A stretch of 64,000 nt of DNA from an uncultured Planctomycetaceae bacterium (GCA_963785305.1 CAWAUV010000002.1:192001-256000), one strand, 5' to 3'. Numbered from the stretch's first letter, positions 1 through 9,972 are shown. Notes: generated from the sequence alone by a model not told the origin. Numbers and translations: made by a program.

Positions 1-280
1 ATACCGGCTGCTTGAGCGTGGTGAGTATTCGGCTGATCGAATACTCTACCCGAGTCGGCCAAAGCAACAAATGCACATGTTCAGGCATGAGCACATAAGC
101 CCACAAATCGAAACCATGCGTTATTCGACTCTGCTGAATCGCGTCGATCATCCAACGGCAAGCGAGCTCCTTGGAGAGAAACGGACGTCGCTGAAAACAC
201 GAAAAAGTGATGAAATGCGCATGCCCTGGTGCGTTGCGCCGCCGGCATCGTTTGCGAATCGAGCTCATTCGCCTAGCCAT
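1..280 (-). CDS. REP-associated tyrosine transposase (RAYT / TnpA-REP, Y1 HUH family), 5' part; runs off the window edge
   Basis: Not in the ORF track. Manual translation of the minus strand from ATG 280 (or 268): MARRMSSIRKRCRRRNAPGHAHFITFSCFQRRPFL...FDLWAYVLMPEHVHLLLWP. It has the FITF motif and the HUH motif MPEHVH, and REP palindromes lie directly upstream. Confidence 0.9.
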   Translation of the reverse strand, partial: MARRMSSIRKRCRRRNAPGHAHFITFSCFQRRPFLSKELACRWMIDAIQQSRITHGFDLWAYVLMPEHVHLLLWPTRVEYSISRILTTLKQPV

Positions 281-382
281 TCAAATCCGCGGTGAAGCAC
301 TCGCCGTGGCGGCATGCCCGCGCGATCGGTAATTGGAGAATACACGTCTAACGCGTTCCGCTCCATGTACTTTGCGTGTTCT

Positions 383-683
383 GTGCCATGCCCACGCTGG
401 CGTGGGCATGAGAGCCAAGTTTGGCGATGTCCATGGGATCAATGACTCGAACAAAGTCACGTCTAACGTTACTCGCATGCCCACGCAAGCGTGGGCATGG
501 CACGCGCTGGGAGCTAGGTTTGGCGATATAAACGACTCGAACAAAGTCACGTCTAACGTTACTCGCATGCCCACGCAAGCGTGGGCATGGCACGCGCTGG
601 GAGCTAGGTTTGGCGATATCAACGACTCGAACAAAGTCACGTCTGACGTTACTCGCATGCCCACGCAAGCGTGGGCATGGCAC
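383..683. repeat. REP cluster: four GTGC-CATGCCCACGC-NN-GCGTGGGCATG palindromes, three of them inside ~90-bp tandem units
   Basis: Copies at 383-410 (forward) and at 476-503, 566-593 and 656-683 (inverted). The period is exactly 90 bp, with near-identical linkers (AACGACTCGAACAAAGTCACGTCTAACGTTACTCG). Confidence 0.92.
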
Positions 684-712
684 GGGCTTCACGGGGCGCT
701 GGGAATGGGGGG

Positions 713-1504
713 CTACCAACGGATGTGGACTTTGGCCCCGACGCGCACTCCGAGCATGATCGCGGCGCTGTCGCCCACGATCGCCAGCTCGAGTTTGCCG
801 TCGGAGCCCACCAGGGCGATCAGCGTCATTTCGGGCTGGTCGGCGTAGGCATTGAAGATGCCGCAAGTCTCGTGCTCGTCGCATTCGATGCGCACATCGT
901 CGGCCCCGCGCGGGGTCTTCGCGAGCGCGTCGGCGCCGATATTGGTGATGAGGTTGCCAAACGAGTCGATCGACTCGACGATTCCCTCGATGCAGCCCGA
1001 GCTCACGCGTGCCTCCGACCAACTATAGGGAGTCAATGCGTCGATCCGCTCGCCCAACGATTCGGCCTCCACGCCCAAACTCAATCGCGCCGCGACCGGC
1101 GCCATGATATCGCGCCCATGAAAGGTCGCCGAGACGCGCGGAAGCCAAAACTCGGGGCGGTTCAAGTGAATGATTGTAGAATCTGGACCGAACCGCGCCA
1201 AACGGCTGAACAGTCCATTGTCGGGCCCCACGAAATCGTGACCGCCGGTTCTGACGAGCACGATCCGCCGCCGGGAGCCGACTCCCGGATCGACCACCGC
1301 CACATGCACTGTGCCGGGTGGGAACCAGTGGCAGGTTTGTTCGAGCATAATCGCTCCGCGGGCAATGTCTTGTGGCGGCACGCCATGCGAGATGTCGACG
1401 ATCTCGGCGGCCGGGTTCAGCGACAGGATCACCCCCTTCATCGCCGCCACGTAGGGACTGCCAACTCCAAAATCGGTCGTCAGGGTAATGATCCGTCGCT
1501 CCAT
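713..1504 (-). CDS. SAM hydroxide adenosyltransferase (DUF62, SAM hydrolase/halogenase family)
   Basis: IITLTTDFG, VVDPGVGSRRR, GPDNG, TFHGRD and DSFGNLITN motifs; the Asp-Arg-His triad of the hydrolase branch is present. Confidence 0.9.
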   Translation of the reverse strand: MERRIITLTTDFGVGSPYVAAMKGVILSLNPAAEIVDISHGVPPQDIARGAIMLEQTCHWFPPGTVHVAVVDPGVGSRRRIVLVRTGGHDFVGPDNGLFSRLARFGPDSTIIHLNRPEFWLPRVSATFHGRDIMAPVAARLSLGVEAESLGERIDALTPYSWSEARVSSGCIEGIVESIDSFGNLITNIGADALAKTPRGADDVRIECDEHETCGIFNAYADQPEMTLIALVGSDGKLELAIVGDSAAIMLGVRVGAKVHIRW

Positions 1505-1591
1505 GGCCGATCAATCCGCCTCGCCGGCCCCCGAAACGGCGCTGTAATATCCGTCTCCCGTCAGCGCCCTTCCGCGTCGCCTGCCGTTCCT

Positions 1592-1617
1592 TTCCGTGCC
1601 TTCCGTGTCTTTCCGTG
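1592..1617. repeat. Triple TTCCGTG heptamer direct repeat (CACGGAA x3 on the minus strand)
   Basis: TTCCGTG at 1592, 1601 and 1611 in the intergenic gap after gatB. Confidence 0.7.
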
Positions 1618-1636
1618 GCCACTCCCCGCTCCGGCT

Positions 1637-3108
1637 TCAGCCCGCCGCCCCTTGCACAAGTTTAATCACAATCTCACGAAAGCGGCCGGGGTCGACATTC
1701 GGGTTTCGCTTTTTCGCCTGGCCGATCAGGCTGCTGGCCGCCTGGAGCTTGCCGCCTTGAATATCGGCCACGATCTTGGGATTGGCCGCCACCAGCTCTT
1801 GGGCCAAGGCCACGAGCGCGCTTTCATCGACCTGTTCGATGCCCTGCGATTTCATCACCTCCGCGGCCGATCGCCCGGTGGAGACCATTTCCACAAGCAC
1901 TTCGCGAGCCCGGCTCGTGTTGAGCAAGTTGCCTTGCACCGCCTTGAGCAGCTCGGCCAGCCGGGGCACGGTGAGCGCGAAGTTCTTGATGTCGGTCTGC
2001 TGCTCCTTGAGCAGCCTGAGCACATCTTGCTGCACCCAATTGCTGGCCAGCTTGCCATCGCCCGTGGCCTCGGCGAGCCGCGCGAAGTAGTCGACCAGTT
2101 CGGGGCCCTGGTTCACGAGCACATCGGAATCGTAGGGCGTGATGCCGTGGGTATCTTCCAGCCGGCGCCGCATGGCCGCGGGCAACTCGCCCAGCGCAGC
2201 GCGCACTCGCGATCTCTTCCTCGCTCACGCGCACCGGCAACAGGTCGGGCTCGGGGAAATAGCGATAGTCGCTCGACTCCTCCTTGTGCCGCTGGCCACG
2301 GGTAATGTTGGCCACGTCGTCCCAGCCGCGAGTTTGCTTCGGCACATCGCCGATCTTTTGGCCGGTCTTGCGCCATTCGTCGTATTGCCGAGCCGCTTCG
2401 TATTCCATCGCCTTTTCGACCGCGCAAAGCTGTTCATGTTTTTCACTTCCACGATCGGCGTGGCGATTTTTCCCTCGGGCGCGTCGATATGCAGATTCAC
2501 ATTGGCGTCGACGCGCAGGCTGCCTTCTTGCATGTTGCAGTCCGAAACACCGAGATACGTGAGCAGCAGCTTGAGCTCCGTGAGATAGGCCTTGGCTTCG
2601 GCCGGCGAGCGCATGTCGGGCTGGCTCACGATTTCCAAGAGCGGCGTGCCGGCCCGATTCAGGTCGATGCGGCTATCGGCCTGGCCGGCGAGCTCATCGT
2701 GCATGCTCTTGCCGGCGTCTTCCTCGAGATGCGCGCGAATGATGCCGATCTTCTTGGGCTCGATGCGGCCCTTGGGGTCGCTGATGTCGAGATGTCCGTC
2801 GTGGCTGAAGGGCAAGTCGTATTGGCTGATCTGGTAGCCCTTTGGCAGATCTGGATAGTAGTAGTTCTTGCGATCCCATTTCGTGAAGCGGGCAATCCGG
2901 CAATCGAGCGCCACCGCGGTGCGGAGCCCCAGTTCGAATGCCCTGCGATTCATCACCGGCAGCGTGCCCGGCATGCCGATACACACCGGGCAGGTTTGGG
3001 TGTTGGGCGGCGCGCGAACTTGGCGCCGCAGCGGCAAAACAGCTTGGTGTTCGTCGCAAGCTGCACATGAACTTCAAGGCCGATCACGGTCGTATAGGAC
3101 TGAGTCAT
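1637..3108 (-). CDS. gatB: Asp-tRNA(Asn)/Glu-tRNA(Gln) amidotransferase subunit B (apparent frameshifts near 3030, 2425 and 2205)
   Basis: [60 protein letters not shown] and [10 protein letters not shown], plus the C-terminal Yqey-like domain, spread over four ORF fragments. Confidence 0.95.
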
Positions 3109-3240
3109 TTGATTTGATTTTCGATTACGATCAAACGGAACTGGAGTTGGCTGCGGCACGGCTATCGCTCGAGCAGCCGATCCGCGAGGCGGTTTCGATT
3201 TACGTTCCTGAAATTGCCGGTGGTCGATTCGCGACCTAAT

Positions 3241-3864
3241 TCATTCTGAGGGAATCGGCACGGCCGCTATCGCCGCATGCAATGCGGCAAGTATTTCGGC
3301 CTCGCTCTGCTCGTTTGGCCGGCATCGTGCCGCCCACGAACCACCGGGGTGGACGATATCCCACGGCGAGCGTTTTTGATTATAGCGACCCGCGCCCGGG
3401 TCATGATTGCCATAGCCGTCTAAATAAAAATTCCAGATCGGCATGAATCGTTGAATCAGCAGCGATTCGCCCAGCGGTATCCAAATATCGTCGACCACCA
3501 GAAACCGGCAGTGGAAATCCTCGATTTCGAGGTTCGTGGTTTGATTAACCGAATCGGCGTGCTCCGACAAGCGATTGAAAAGGACGCGGCCGGGAAGCGA
3601 GCCGACGCCAAAATTGCCACGTCGAGCGCCGGCCGGAATCGCCTTGCCGACGTAGATCGGCCATCCGAACCGATTTCCCCGATTCCGCTCGGCAATCCGA
3701 CGATAGGCGGCAAACCTGCCGGTGTAATAAATCGCGTAGACACCCGCGCCGAGGAACACTTCGGGCGGCGGCAACTTTTCGACCGGGCGATTCAAAATCG
3801 CATTCGCGACGCTCTCGCCAAGATGAACTTTAGCCAGCGGATTGTAGGGCGTCTCTTCTCGCAA
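3241..3864 (-). CDS. Eco29kI-family GIY-YIG type II restriction endonuclease
   Basis: LPPPEVFLGAGVYAIYYTG...PIYVGKAIPAG...RLSEH...WN..DGYGNHDPGAGR...SPWDIVHPG matches the recalled R.Eco29kI motif layout. Confidence 0.9.
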   Translation of the reverse strand: MREETPYNPLAKVHLGESVANAILNRPVEKLPPPEVFLGAGVYAIYYTGRFAAYRRIAERNRGNRFGWPIYVGKAIPAGARRGNFGVGSLPGRVLFNRLSEHADSVNQTTNLEIEDFHCRFLVVDDIWIPLGESLLIQRFMPIWNFYLDGYGNHDPGAGRYNQKRSPWDIVHPGGSWAARCRPNEQSEAEILAALHAAIAAVPIPSE

Positions 3865-5021
3865 GCCGGCCTTCCATCGCTAGAGATTGTTGGACGCTAC
3901 GGGCGACCCGCTCGGCGAGTGTCACGGGAACAGCATTTCCCAATTGCCGCATCGATTCGGTCCAAGAGCCTTGAAAGATGAATGTATCCGGGAACGTTTG
4001 CAGCCGCGCTTTCCCTCACCGTGAAATATCGGACATCCCCGTTTGGGTAAGCCAGCATATTTTCGCCCCCCGGCACTCCATGGTCGCCGGCCTTGAGCGT
4101 CTTCGCGGGCTCGTCCATCGGACTTCCGGTATGACCGCCATAAACGCGAGCGCCCATGTTGTGAACGTGATTCAAAACGTCATGTGGTTTATCCTTTGTC
4201 GGGTCCGGCAAATCCCCGATCGCATCGCGAACCGTCAGCCAAGGTTCGGCGTCTGGCCAGAATCGGCCGCCAGCCAGACGTGGAATGCGCGCCTTGTATT
4301 TGGTCGGCGCGGCGCCCCGGCTCCGCTTGGCGATCTTGTGCCGGTCCCAGTATTCTCCGGTAACCCACTGCGAATGCAACAAGGATGCAAGCGAATGCGT
4401 CGGCTCGGGGAATGACCATTTCGCGCGAACATCGCCACGAAAGCCGACGATAAAGACTCGTTCACGCTTTTGGGGCACGCCGTAGTCAGCCGCGTTCACG
4501 CGACGAAACACAACGTGATAATGCAGCCCAGCCGATAGGCCCTTGGTGTGGCAGCGTTCTAAGCGGCCAAGATGGCCGGTCCAATCTTCCTTGCTTCGTT
4601 GGGTCAATTCCGGGTAGGTCAGTTGCAAGACAACGTACTCGAAGAACTTGGCGAACGATGATCGCAGCAAGCCTTTGACGTTTTCAACGATGATCGCCTT
4701 GGGCTGAATCTCTCGCACCGCGCGGACGGCTTCCGGGAACAAGTTGCGAGAGTCGTTTTGCCCGCGATGTTTCCCGCCGATGGAAAATGGTTGGCACGGC
4801 GGACCACCCGCGACCAAATCCGCGCCGAAGTACGGCTTGAAGTCGAACTGGTGGACGTCGACCTCGCGCAGCGGCCAATCAACAACGCCGCGTCGCGTGT
4901 TTTCGCGGATTGTATTGCACGCGTTCCGATTCCATTCAATGACGGCTTCGTGCTTGAAACCGGCCGAAGCCGTCCCCAGCGCCAGACCTCCCGCGCCCGC
5001 GAACAGTTCGATTGCTTTCAT
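3830..5021 (-). CDS. dcm: DNA (cytosine-5)-methyltransferase (one frameshift near 4005)
   Basis: Motif I ELFAGAGG, catalytic GGPPCQPFS, ENV, and QKRERVF. Motifs IX/X (RLQTFPD...QLGNAVP) are recovered after one frame change, ending at TAA 3830-3832. The start ATG overlaps the vsr stop (ATGA). Confidence 0.92.
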
Positions 5022-5422
5022 ACGTCCATGAATTTCTTGATGCGACGCGCTAACCGCGCCTGGTCTTTCAATTCGCATTCCCACACGACCAGCGATCGCC
5101 AACCAAGCCGCCGCAAATGGCTTCGGTTGAGCCGGTCCCGCTTGGTGTTCGAATCAAGCTTGGGTTTCCAGAAATCGAGCCGAGACTTCGGAAGCCGGCA
5201 ATTCGGGCAGCCCAGGTGGCGATGCCAAAAACAGCCGTGAACGAAAATGACTTTTTGACGACCGGCAAAAACCAAATCCGGACTTCCCGGCAATCGACCG
5301 TGAAGCCGATAGCGATAGCCCATTCCATGCACAAGCCGCCGCACCGCAAGCTCGGGCTTGGTATTCCTCGACCGAACCAAGCCCATCTGTTTGCTTCGCT
5401 GCGATGGGGTCAGCGTGTCCAT
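5018..5422 (-). CDS. vsr: Very short patch repair endonuclease
   Basis: MDTLTPSQRSKQM..VRSRNTKPE, LPGSPDLVF, FVHGCFWHRH, GWRSLVVWEC. Confidence 0.95.
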   Translation of the reverse strand: MDTLTPSQRSKQMGLVRSRNTKPELAVRRLVHGMGYRYRLHGRLPGSPDLVFAGRQKVIFVHGCFWHRHLGCPNCRLPKSRLDFWKPKLDSNTKRDRLNRSHLRRLGWRSLVVWECELKDQARLARRIKKFMDV

Positions 5423-5468
5423 TCCTGTTAGCGTATCGGCTTAACTCCCGCAACGCCAATAGAGACCA

Positions 5469-5498
5469 AATGTACACCAATGCCCGCCATGAAGTCAA
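5469..5498 (-). promoter_or_regulatory. Putative sigma-70 promoter of the R-M cassette
   Basis: Minus strand TTGACT-N18-TACATT, about 47 bp upstream of the vsr start. Confidence 0.5.
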
Positions 5499-5536
5499 TC
5501 AACGCGCCGAGTTTTGCCGACGCCATTAATGTTCCG

Positions 5537-7084
5537 TCACTCGAGCCGCGGCGAGCGGGTGTGCCAGTCGGTCGCCGCCTGGAACATATGCGCGGCGCGC
5601 AGCAGGCGGTCTTCTTCGAAGGGCGGCGCTTGCAATTGCAGGCCGATCGGCAGGCCGCTCGCCGTGAAGCCACAGGGAAACGCAATGCCGCCGATGCCCG
5701 CTAGATTGGCGCTCACCGTGTACAAGTCGACCAAATACATGGCCAGTGGATCCGACGATTTCTCGCCGATCTTAAAGGCCGGCGTGGCCGACACCGGACC
5801 GACGATCAGGTCCACGTCGGCAAACGCCGCATCATAATCGTTGCGAATCAGCCGGCGAACCTTGAGCGCCTTGAGATAATAGGCGTCGTAGTACCCGGCG
5901 CTCAGTGCATATGTGCCGAGCATGATCCGGCGCTTGACTTCGGGACCAAAGCCTTCGGCCCGACTGCGGCGGTAGAGGCGCACGAGCGCGTTGTCGAGCG
6001 CGGCGAGAGCCCGCGGGTCGCCGCCCTTTTCGAGCTTGGCCCGCTGGGCTTCGAGATCGGCGAGCATCGCTTTTTCATTCGTCCGGTGGCCGTAATGCAC
6101 GCCATCGTAACGGGCCAAATTGCTCGACGCCTCGCAGGGGGCGATCACATAGTAGACCGCGATGCCGTATTTGGCGTGCGGCAGCGAAATCTCGCGCGTC
6201 GTGGCGCCAAGCGATTCATAGACCCGCACCGCTTCGCGCACCGCTCTCTCGACTTCACCATCGAGCCCCGGGCCGAAGTGCTCGCGCGCCAAGCCCAGCC
6301 GCAGCCCGGCGAGCGGCTTCGTGACCGAGCGGCTGTATTCGGGAACCGGCAGATCCACGCTGGTCGAGTCGCGGGCATCGTGACCGGCCATGACTTCCAA
6401 GAGCAGGGCGGCGTCTTCGGCTGAGCGGGCAAACGGCCCGATCTGGTCCAAGCTGCTGGCGAAGGCCACGAGCCCATAACGGCTCACGCGGCCATAGGTC
6501 GGCTTCATGCCCGTGACGCCGCAGAGGCCGGCCGGCTGCCGGATCGAGCCGCCGGTGTCGGTGCCCACGGCCAGCGGCGCCATGCGCGCGGCCACCGCCG
6601 CGGCCGAACCACCGCTCGAACCGCCGGGGATGCGGGTCGTGTCCCATGGGTTGCAGGTCACGTGAAAGGCGGAGTTTTCGTTGGAGCCGCCCATGGCGAA
6701 CTCGTCGAGATTCGTTTTGCCGATCACCACCGCGTCGGCCGCCTTGAGCCGCGAGACAACGGTCGCGTCGTAGGGCGGCACGAAGTTTTCGAGCATCTTC
6801 GAGGCGCAGGTCGTCGCCTCGCCCTGGGTGGCGAGCAAATCCTTGAGCGCGATCGGCAATCCGGCGAGGCGGCCGAGCGGCTTGCCGGCCTTGCGGCGGG
6901 CATCGATCTTGGCCGCTTCGTCGAGTGCCCGCTCATCTCGCACTTGCAAGAAAGCCCGCACCTGGCCATCGTGGCGGTGAATCTGGGCCAGGCATTCGCG
7001 CGTGAGGTCCACGCTCATCAGATCGCCGGAAGCCAGATCCTCGAGCAGTTGCGTGGCCGAGCGTTCGAGCAGCGGAGCAGTCAT
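5537..7084 (-). CDS. gatA: Amidotransferase subunit A
   Basis: GKTNLDEFAMG, PGGSSGGSAAAV, GTDTGGSIRQPA, SSNLARYDG, EVKRRIMLGTY. Confidence 0.97.
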   Translation of the reverse strand: MTAPLLERSATQLLEDLASGDLMSVDLTRECLAQIHRHDGQVRAFLQVRDERALDEAAKIDARRKAGKPLGRLAGLPIALKDLLATQGEATTCASKMLENFVPPYDATVVSRLKAADAVVIGKTNLDEFAMGGSNENSAFHVTCNPWDTTRIPGGSSGGSAAAVAARMAPLAVGTDTGGSIRQPAGLCGVTGMKPTYGRVSRYGLVAFASSLDQIGPFARSAEDAALLLEVMAGHDARDSTSVDLPVPEYSRSVTKPLAGLRLGLAREHFGPGLDGEVERAVREAVRVYESLGATTREISLPHAKYGIAVYYVIAPCEASSNLARYDGVHYGHRTNEKAMLADLEAQRAKLEKGGDPRALAALDNALVRLYRRSRAEGFGPEVKRRIMLGTYALSAGYYDAYYLKALKVRRLIRNDYDAAFADVDLIVGPVSATPAFKIGEKSSDPLAMYLVDLYTVSANLAGIGGIAFPCGFTASGLPIGLQLQAPPFEEDRLLRAAHMFQAATDWHTRSPRLE

Positions 7085-7238
7085 GTGCGAGACCAGTTTC
7101 CTCTGAAGGGGTTCTGACGCGGTTCACGGAACCCGCGCGGTGGCTCACCCGGAGCGCGACCGCGCGGCGCGGACCAGCGGGCTCCAGCGCCGAGCACATT
7201 CATCTAGGCCAAATGTTCCCGCGCACGGCTCGCGAAGT

Positions 7239-7529
7239 TCAATCGCCGAGCACCGCCGGCACAAGATAGAATTCGCCATCTTGATTCGGGGCGTTGCGAA
7301 GCGCTTCCTCGCGCGGCAAGCTCGGCGCCGCCACATCGTCGCCAAAGGCGTTTGCCAAGTCTAGGGCATGGGCCATCGGCTCGACGCTCGCGGTATCGAG
7401 ATCGCTGAGTTGCTCCACATAGGCCACGATGCCCGAAAGCTGCGTCGTCATCGCGTCGAGTTCGGCCGGGGTCAATTCGAGCCGCGCCAGGAGCGAGACC
7501 TTCAGCACATCGTCGCGAGTAAGACTCAT
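7239..7529 (-). CDS. gatC: Amidotransferase subunit C
   Basis: MSLTRDDVLKVSLLARLEL...LDTASVEPM...NAPNQDGEFYLVPAVL; 96 aa, directly upstream of gatA. Confidence 0.93.
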   Translation of the reverse strand: MSLTRDDVLKVSLLARLELTPAELDAMTTQLSGIVAYVEQLSDLDTASVEPMAHALDLANAFGDDVAAPSLPREEALRNAPNQDGEFYLVPAVLGD

Positions 7530-7717
7530 GGTCCTAGCGCCTTGGTCGATTGAGGGCGAAAAAAGAGCTGTGGGCTTGGGATGCCATGGTTCCAGGGCGC
7601 CCGTCGTGGCCCGCGGCCAGCCATTTGCCCATGATTGACCCAGTTGCCGCAAGCGCGGACGCCAGACGGAACCAAACAATCCTTGCCAGGGGCAGCGGGT
7701 GCGATTCGCCGCGAACT

Positions 7718-7993
7718 CTAGTGCGACTTGCCGGTGGTCGGCAGCTTGAAGGGGGCATTGCGCACCCGCTTGGTCACCGCGCCCGAACGAATGCACTGGG
7801 TGCAAACCCGCATGCTCTTGCTGGTGCCGCGTCCGACCGTGACCCGCACTTTTTGCAGGTTGGGCTTGAACTGCCGCCGCGAGATGCCGGTCACCTTGGT
7901 GCCGACGCCTCCCAGGTACTTGGCCTTGCCGCGCAAGGTCACCGTGTTGCCCATGGCGGGCTTTTTGCCGCAAACTTCGCATTGAACCGACAT
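7718..7993 (-). CDS. rpmB: 50S ribosomal protein L28 (Zn-binding form)
   Basis: CEVCGKKPAMGN...RRQFKPNLQ...RVCTQCIRSG. Confidence 0.95.
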   Translation of the reverse strand: MSVQCEVCGKKPAMGNTVTLRGKAKYLGGVGTKVTGISRRQFKPNLQKVRVTVGRGTSKSMRVCTQCIRSGAVTKRVRNAPFKLPTTGKSH

Positions 7994-8070
7994 GTGCAAC
8001 CCTCGCCGACCGCCTCGCGGAACAAGTCGGGTAATCAAAACTCGGGGGGATGGTTTTTTGGGAAACAGCC

Positions 8071-8098
8071 AGTATAGCGGCTCGGCCACGCCTGACAA
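8071..8098 (-). promoter_or_regulatory. Putative sigma-70 promoter for rpmB-gatCA
   Basis: Minus strand TTGTCA-N16-TATACT, about 78 bp upstream of rpmB. Confidence 0.55.
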
Positions 8099-8328
8099 GG
8101 CCACGCCATGAGCTGGCCAACGGTGGCGAGCTCCGCCGGCGAAGTGCCCCGGTGGCCCGTAGCGCGCTCGCAAGGTTTGCCACCCGCCGAGGCGACCGGT
8201 CGGATTGCGTAAAATATGACGGCGCCTCGCCTTCGGAACTACCGCCGCTTTCGCGCCCACCATCAAGGTCGCTTTCCCCTGCGGTCGAAAAGAATCGTAT
8301 CGACCAACGTTTCCCGGGGGATGGCGAG

Positions 8329-9972
8329 ATGCTTCAAGAGCTCGGGGCCGGATGGCCCGCGGCCGACGCCGCGCTGCAATTTCGGCGGCTCACACGGCTG
8401 TTCTGGGTGTTTGTGGTCCTGCATGTCTCGGTTTGGACGATCACGCCGCTGATATGCTGCCCCAACGCGCCGCTCGATTCCGTGGAAATGGTCTACTGGG
8501 GACGCGAATGGCAGCTCGGCTATCCCAAGCATCCACCGCTCGTCGGCTGGATCGCCGCCAGCATCGTGGCGATCACCGGGCCGCATGTCTGGGGGCTCTA
8601 CCTGGCCGCGCAGCTCGCCATCGCCACCTGCTTTTGGTGCGCTTGGCGACTGGGAATCGAAGTGGTCGGCCCACGCGCCGCCGTGTTGGGAGTGCTCGCC
8701 CTCGAAGGAAGTTTCTTCTTCACTTACGAAGGCGCGGTGCTCAACAACAATGTTGGGCTCTATCCCTGCTGGGCGCTCGCCACGCTCTTCTTCTACTGGG
8801 CGCTGCGCCGCGAACGGCTGGCGTATTGGATTGCCGGCGGGGCGTGCGTCGGAGCCGGGCTACTGTGCAAATACAGCATGGCGGTGTTGCCGGCGACGTT
8901 TGTGTTGTTTGTACTCGCCGACCCCCGCTCGCGGCGCTGGCTCCGGCGGCCGGGGCCCTATATCGCGCTCGGCGCCACCGCCGCGGTCGTGGCTCCGCAT
9001 GTCTGGTGGGCCGCCACGCGCGGCTTTCCCACGGTGACCTACGCCGCGAGTCGCACGCGCGATCCGTCGCCCATGCTCGGCCGCATCGGGCATCCGCTCT
9101 CGTTCCTCGTCGCCGAAGCGGCGGCGCTGGCGCTCGTGTTTTTGATCGCGCTGCCGCTGGTCGGTTGGAGACCGCGATTGCGCGCGGTGAACATCGACGA
9201 GCGCTGGAATCGAAACTTCGTGCTCGCCATGACCCTTGGCCCCTTCACGCTGCTGTTGCTTGCCTCGCTCGTGGGCAATGTGCATTTTCGCGGCATGCAC
9301 GGCTCGCACCTGTGGCCATTCGTGGGCCTTGCGTATTTGTGCGCCTTTGAATTGCGCTGGGAACGCGCGGGCCGCATTCCGCTCCGCGCCGCCGTGATCG
9401 GCGCCTTGCTCGTGGCCGCGTTCGCGGTGCGGTTCACGCTCGCGCCTCGCGTCGCGGGCCGCGCGTCGCGAGAACATTTTCCCGGGTCGCGGTTGGCGAT
9501 GTCGATCGATCAGGCCTGGCGCGAGCGCTATGGCTGCCCACTCACGGTCGTGGGCGGCGATAGCTGGCTGGCGGGCAATGTGGCGTTTTACTCGCCCGAT
9601 CGGCCCCGTGTGTATGAAGAAGACTGTAGCTGGCTCACGAGCGCCGAGTTCGCGCGACAGGGCGGGGTCGTGGTGTGGAACATCGCCGACTTCGGCGAGG
9701 CACTGCCCACGCAATTCACGGCGCTCGGGCCCTGCGAGATTCAGCCGCGCATGACATTGCCGAATCAATCGCTCGCCAAGGCGCCGCCGGCGCGGATCGG
9801 AGTGGCGTTTATCCCGCCATCGACCGCCGGCCCGCTCGACTGGCTGGCCCACGGATCGGAGCCGCGTCGCGAGCCGGAATTGCGCCGCGAACCGGAGTCG
9901 CGGCCGGCGCCGCGCCGCGAGCCGATCATCGTCGCCGAGCGAGTCGGCGCCTCGGGCTCGCGCCTGCGGTAA
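8329..9972 (+). CDS. GT-C membrane glycosyltransferase (ArnT/PMT_2, RgtA/B/C-like)
   Basis: DSVEMVYWGREWQLGYPKHPPL, multiple TM segments, GLLCKY, PHVWW. The start is uncertain: ATG 8329 was chosen, but the ORF is open from 8050. Confidence 0.8.
   Translation: MLQELGAGWPAADAALQFRRLTRLFWVFVVLHVSVWTITPLICCPNAPLDSVEMVYWGREWQLGYPKHPPLVGWIAASIVAITGPHVWGLYLAAQLAIATCFWCAWRLGIEVVGPRAAVLGVLALEGSFFFTYEGAVLNNNVGLYPCWALATLFFYWALRRERLAYWIAGGACVGAGLLCKYSMAVLPATFVLFVLADPRSRRWLRRPGPYIALGATAAVVAPHVWWAATRGFPTVTYAASRTRDPSPMLGRIGHPLSFLVAEAAALALVFLIALPLVGWRPRLRAVNIDERWNRNFVLAMTLGPFTLLLLASLVGNVHFRGMHGSHLWPFVGLAYLCAFELRWERAGRIPLRAAVIGALLVAAFAVRFTLAPRVAGRASREHFPGSRLAMSIDQAWRERYGCPLTVVGGDSWLAGNVAFYSPDRPRVYEEDCSWLTSAEFARQGGVVVWNIADFGEALPTQFTALGPCEIQPRMTLPNQSLAKAPPARIGVAFIPPSTAGPLDWLAHGSEPRREPELRREPESRPAPRREPIIVAERVGASGSRLR

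Noticed and set aside
411..683. CRISPR array (28-bp palindromic repeats at regular spacing)
   Set aside because: The spacers are near-identical and about 62 bp long, one repeat is inverted, there are no cas genes, and the adjacent RAYT explains them as REPs.
281..848. ORFs with repeated peptides (ACHAHACVGM, MPTQAWAWH)
   Set aside because: These are translations of the 90-bp REP units; the period is simply a multiple of three.
713..1504. Fluorinase or chlorinase
   Set aside because: It has TFHGRD and the Asp-Arg-His triad of DUF62 hydrolases, and sits in a housekeeping context.
671..2305. Long antisense ORFs (also 8860-10107, 34844-36034, 47897-49231, 55909-57174)
   Set aside because: Shadow frames opposite well-supported genes, with no recognisable motifs; expected at high GC.
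1637..3108. gatB pseudogene or programmed frameshifting
   Set aside because: The gene is essential, its motifs are intact, no slippery sites were seen, and similar indels occur throughout the window.
7239..8266. Long N-terminal extensions on gatC and rpmB in the ORF track
   Set aside because: They are upstream open-frame run-ons in GC-rich DNA; homology starts at 7529 and 7993.
9859..9930. Short repeats encoding EPRREPE
   Set aside because: Low-complexity protein tail, not an independent element.
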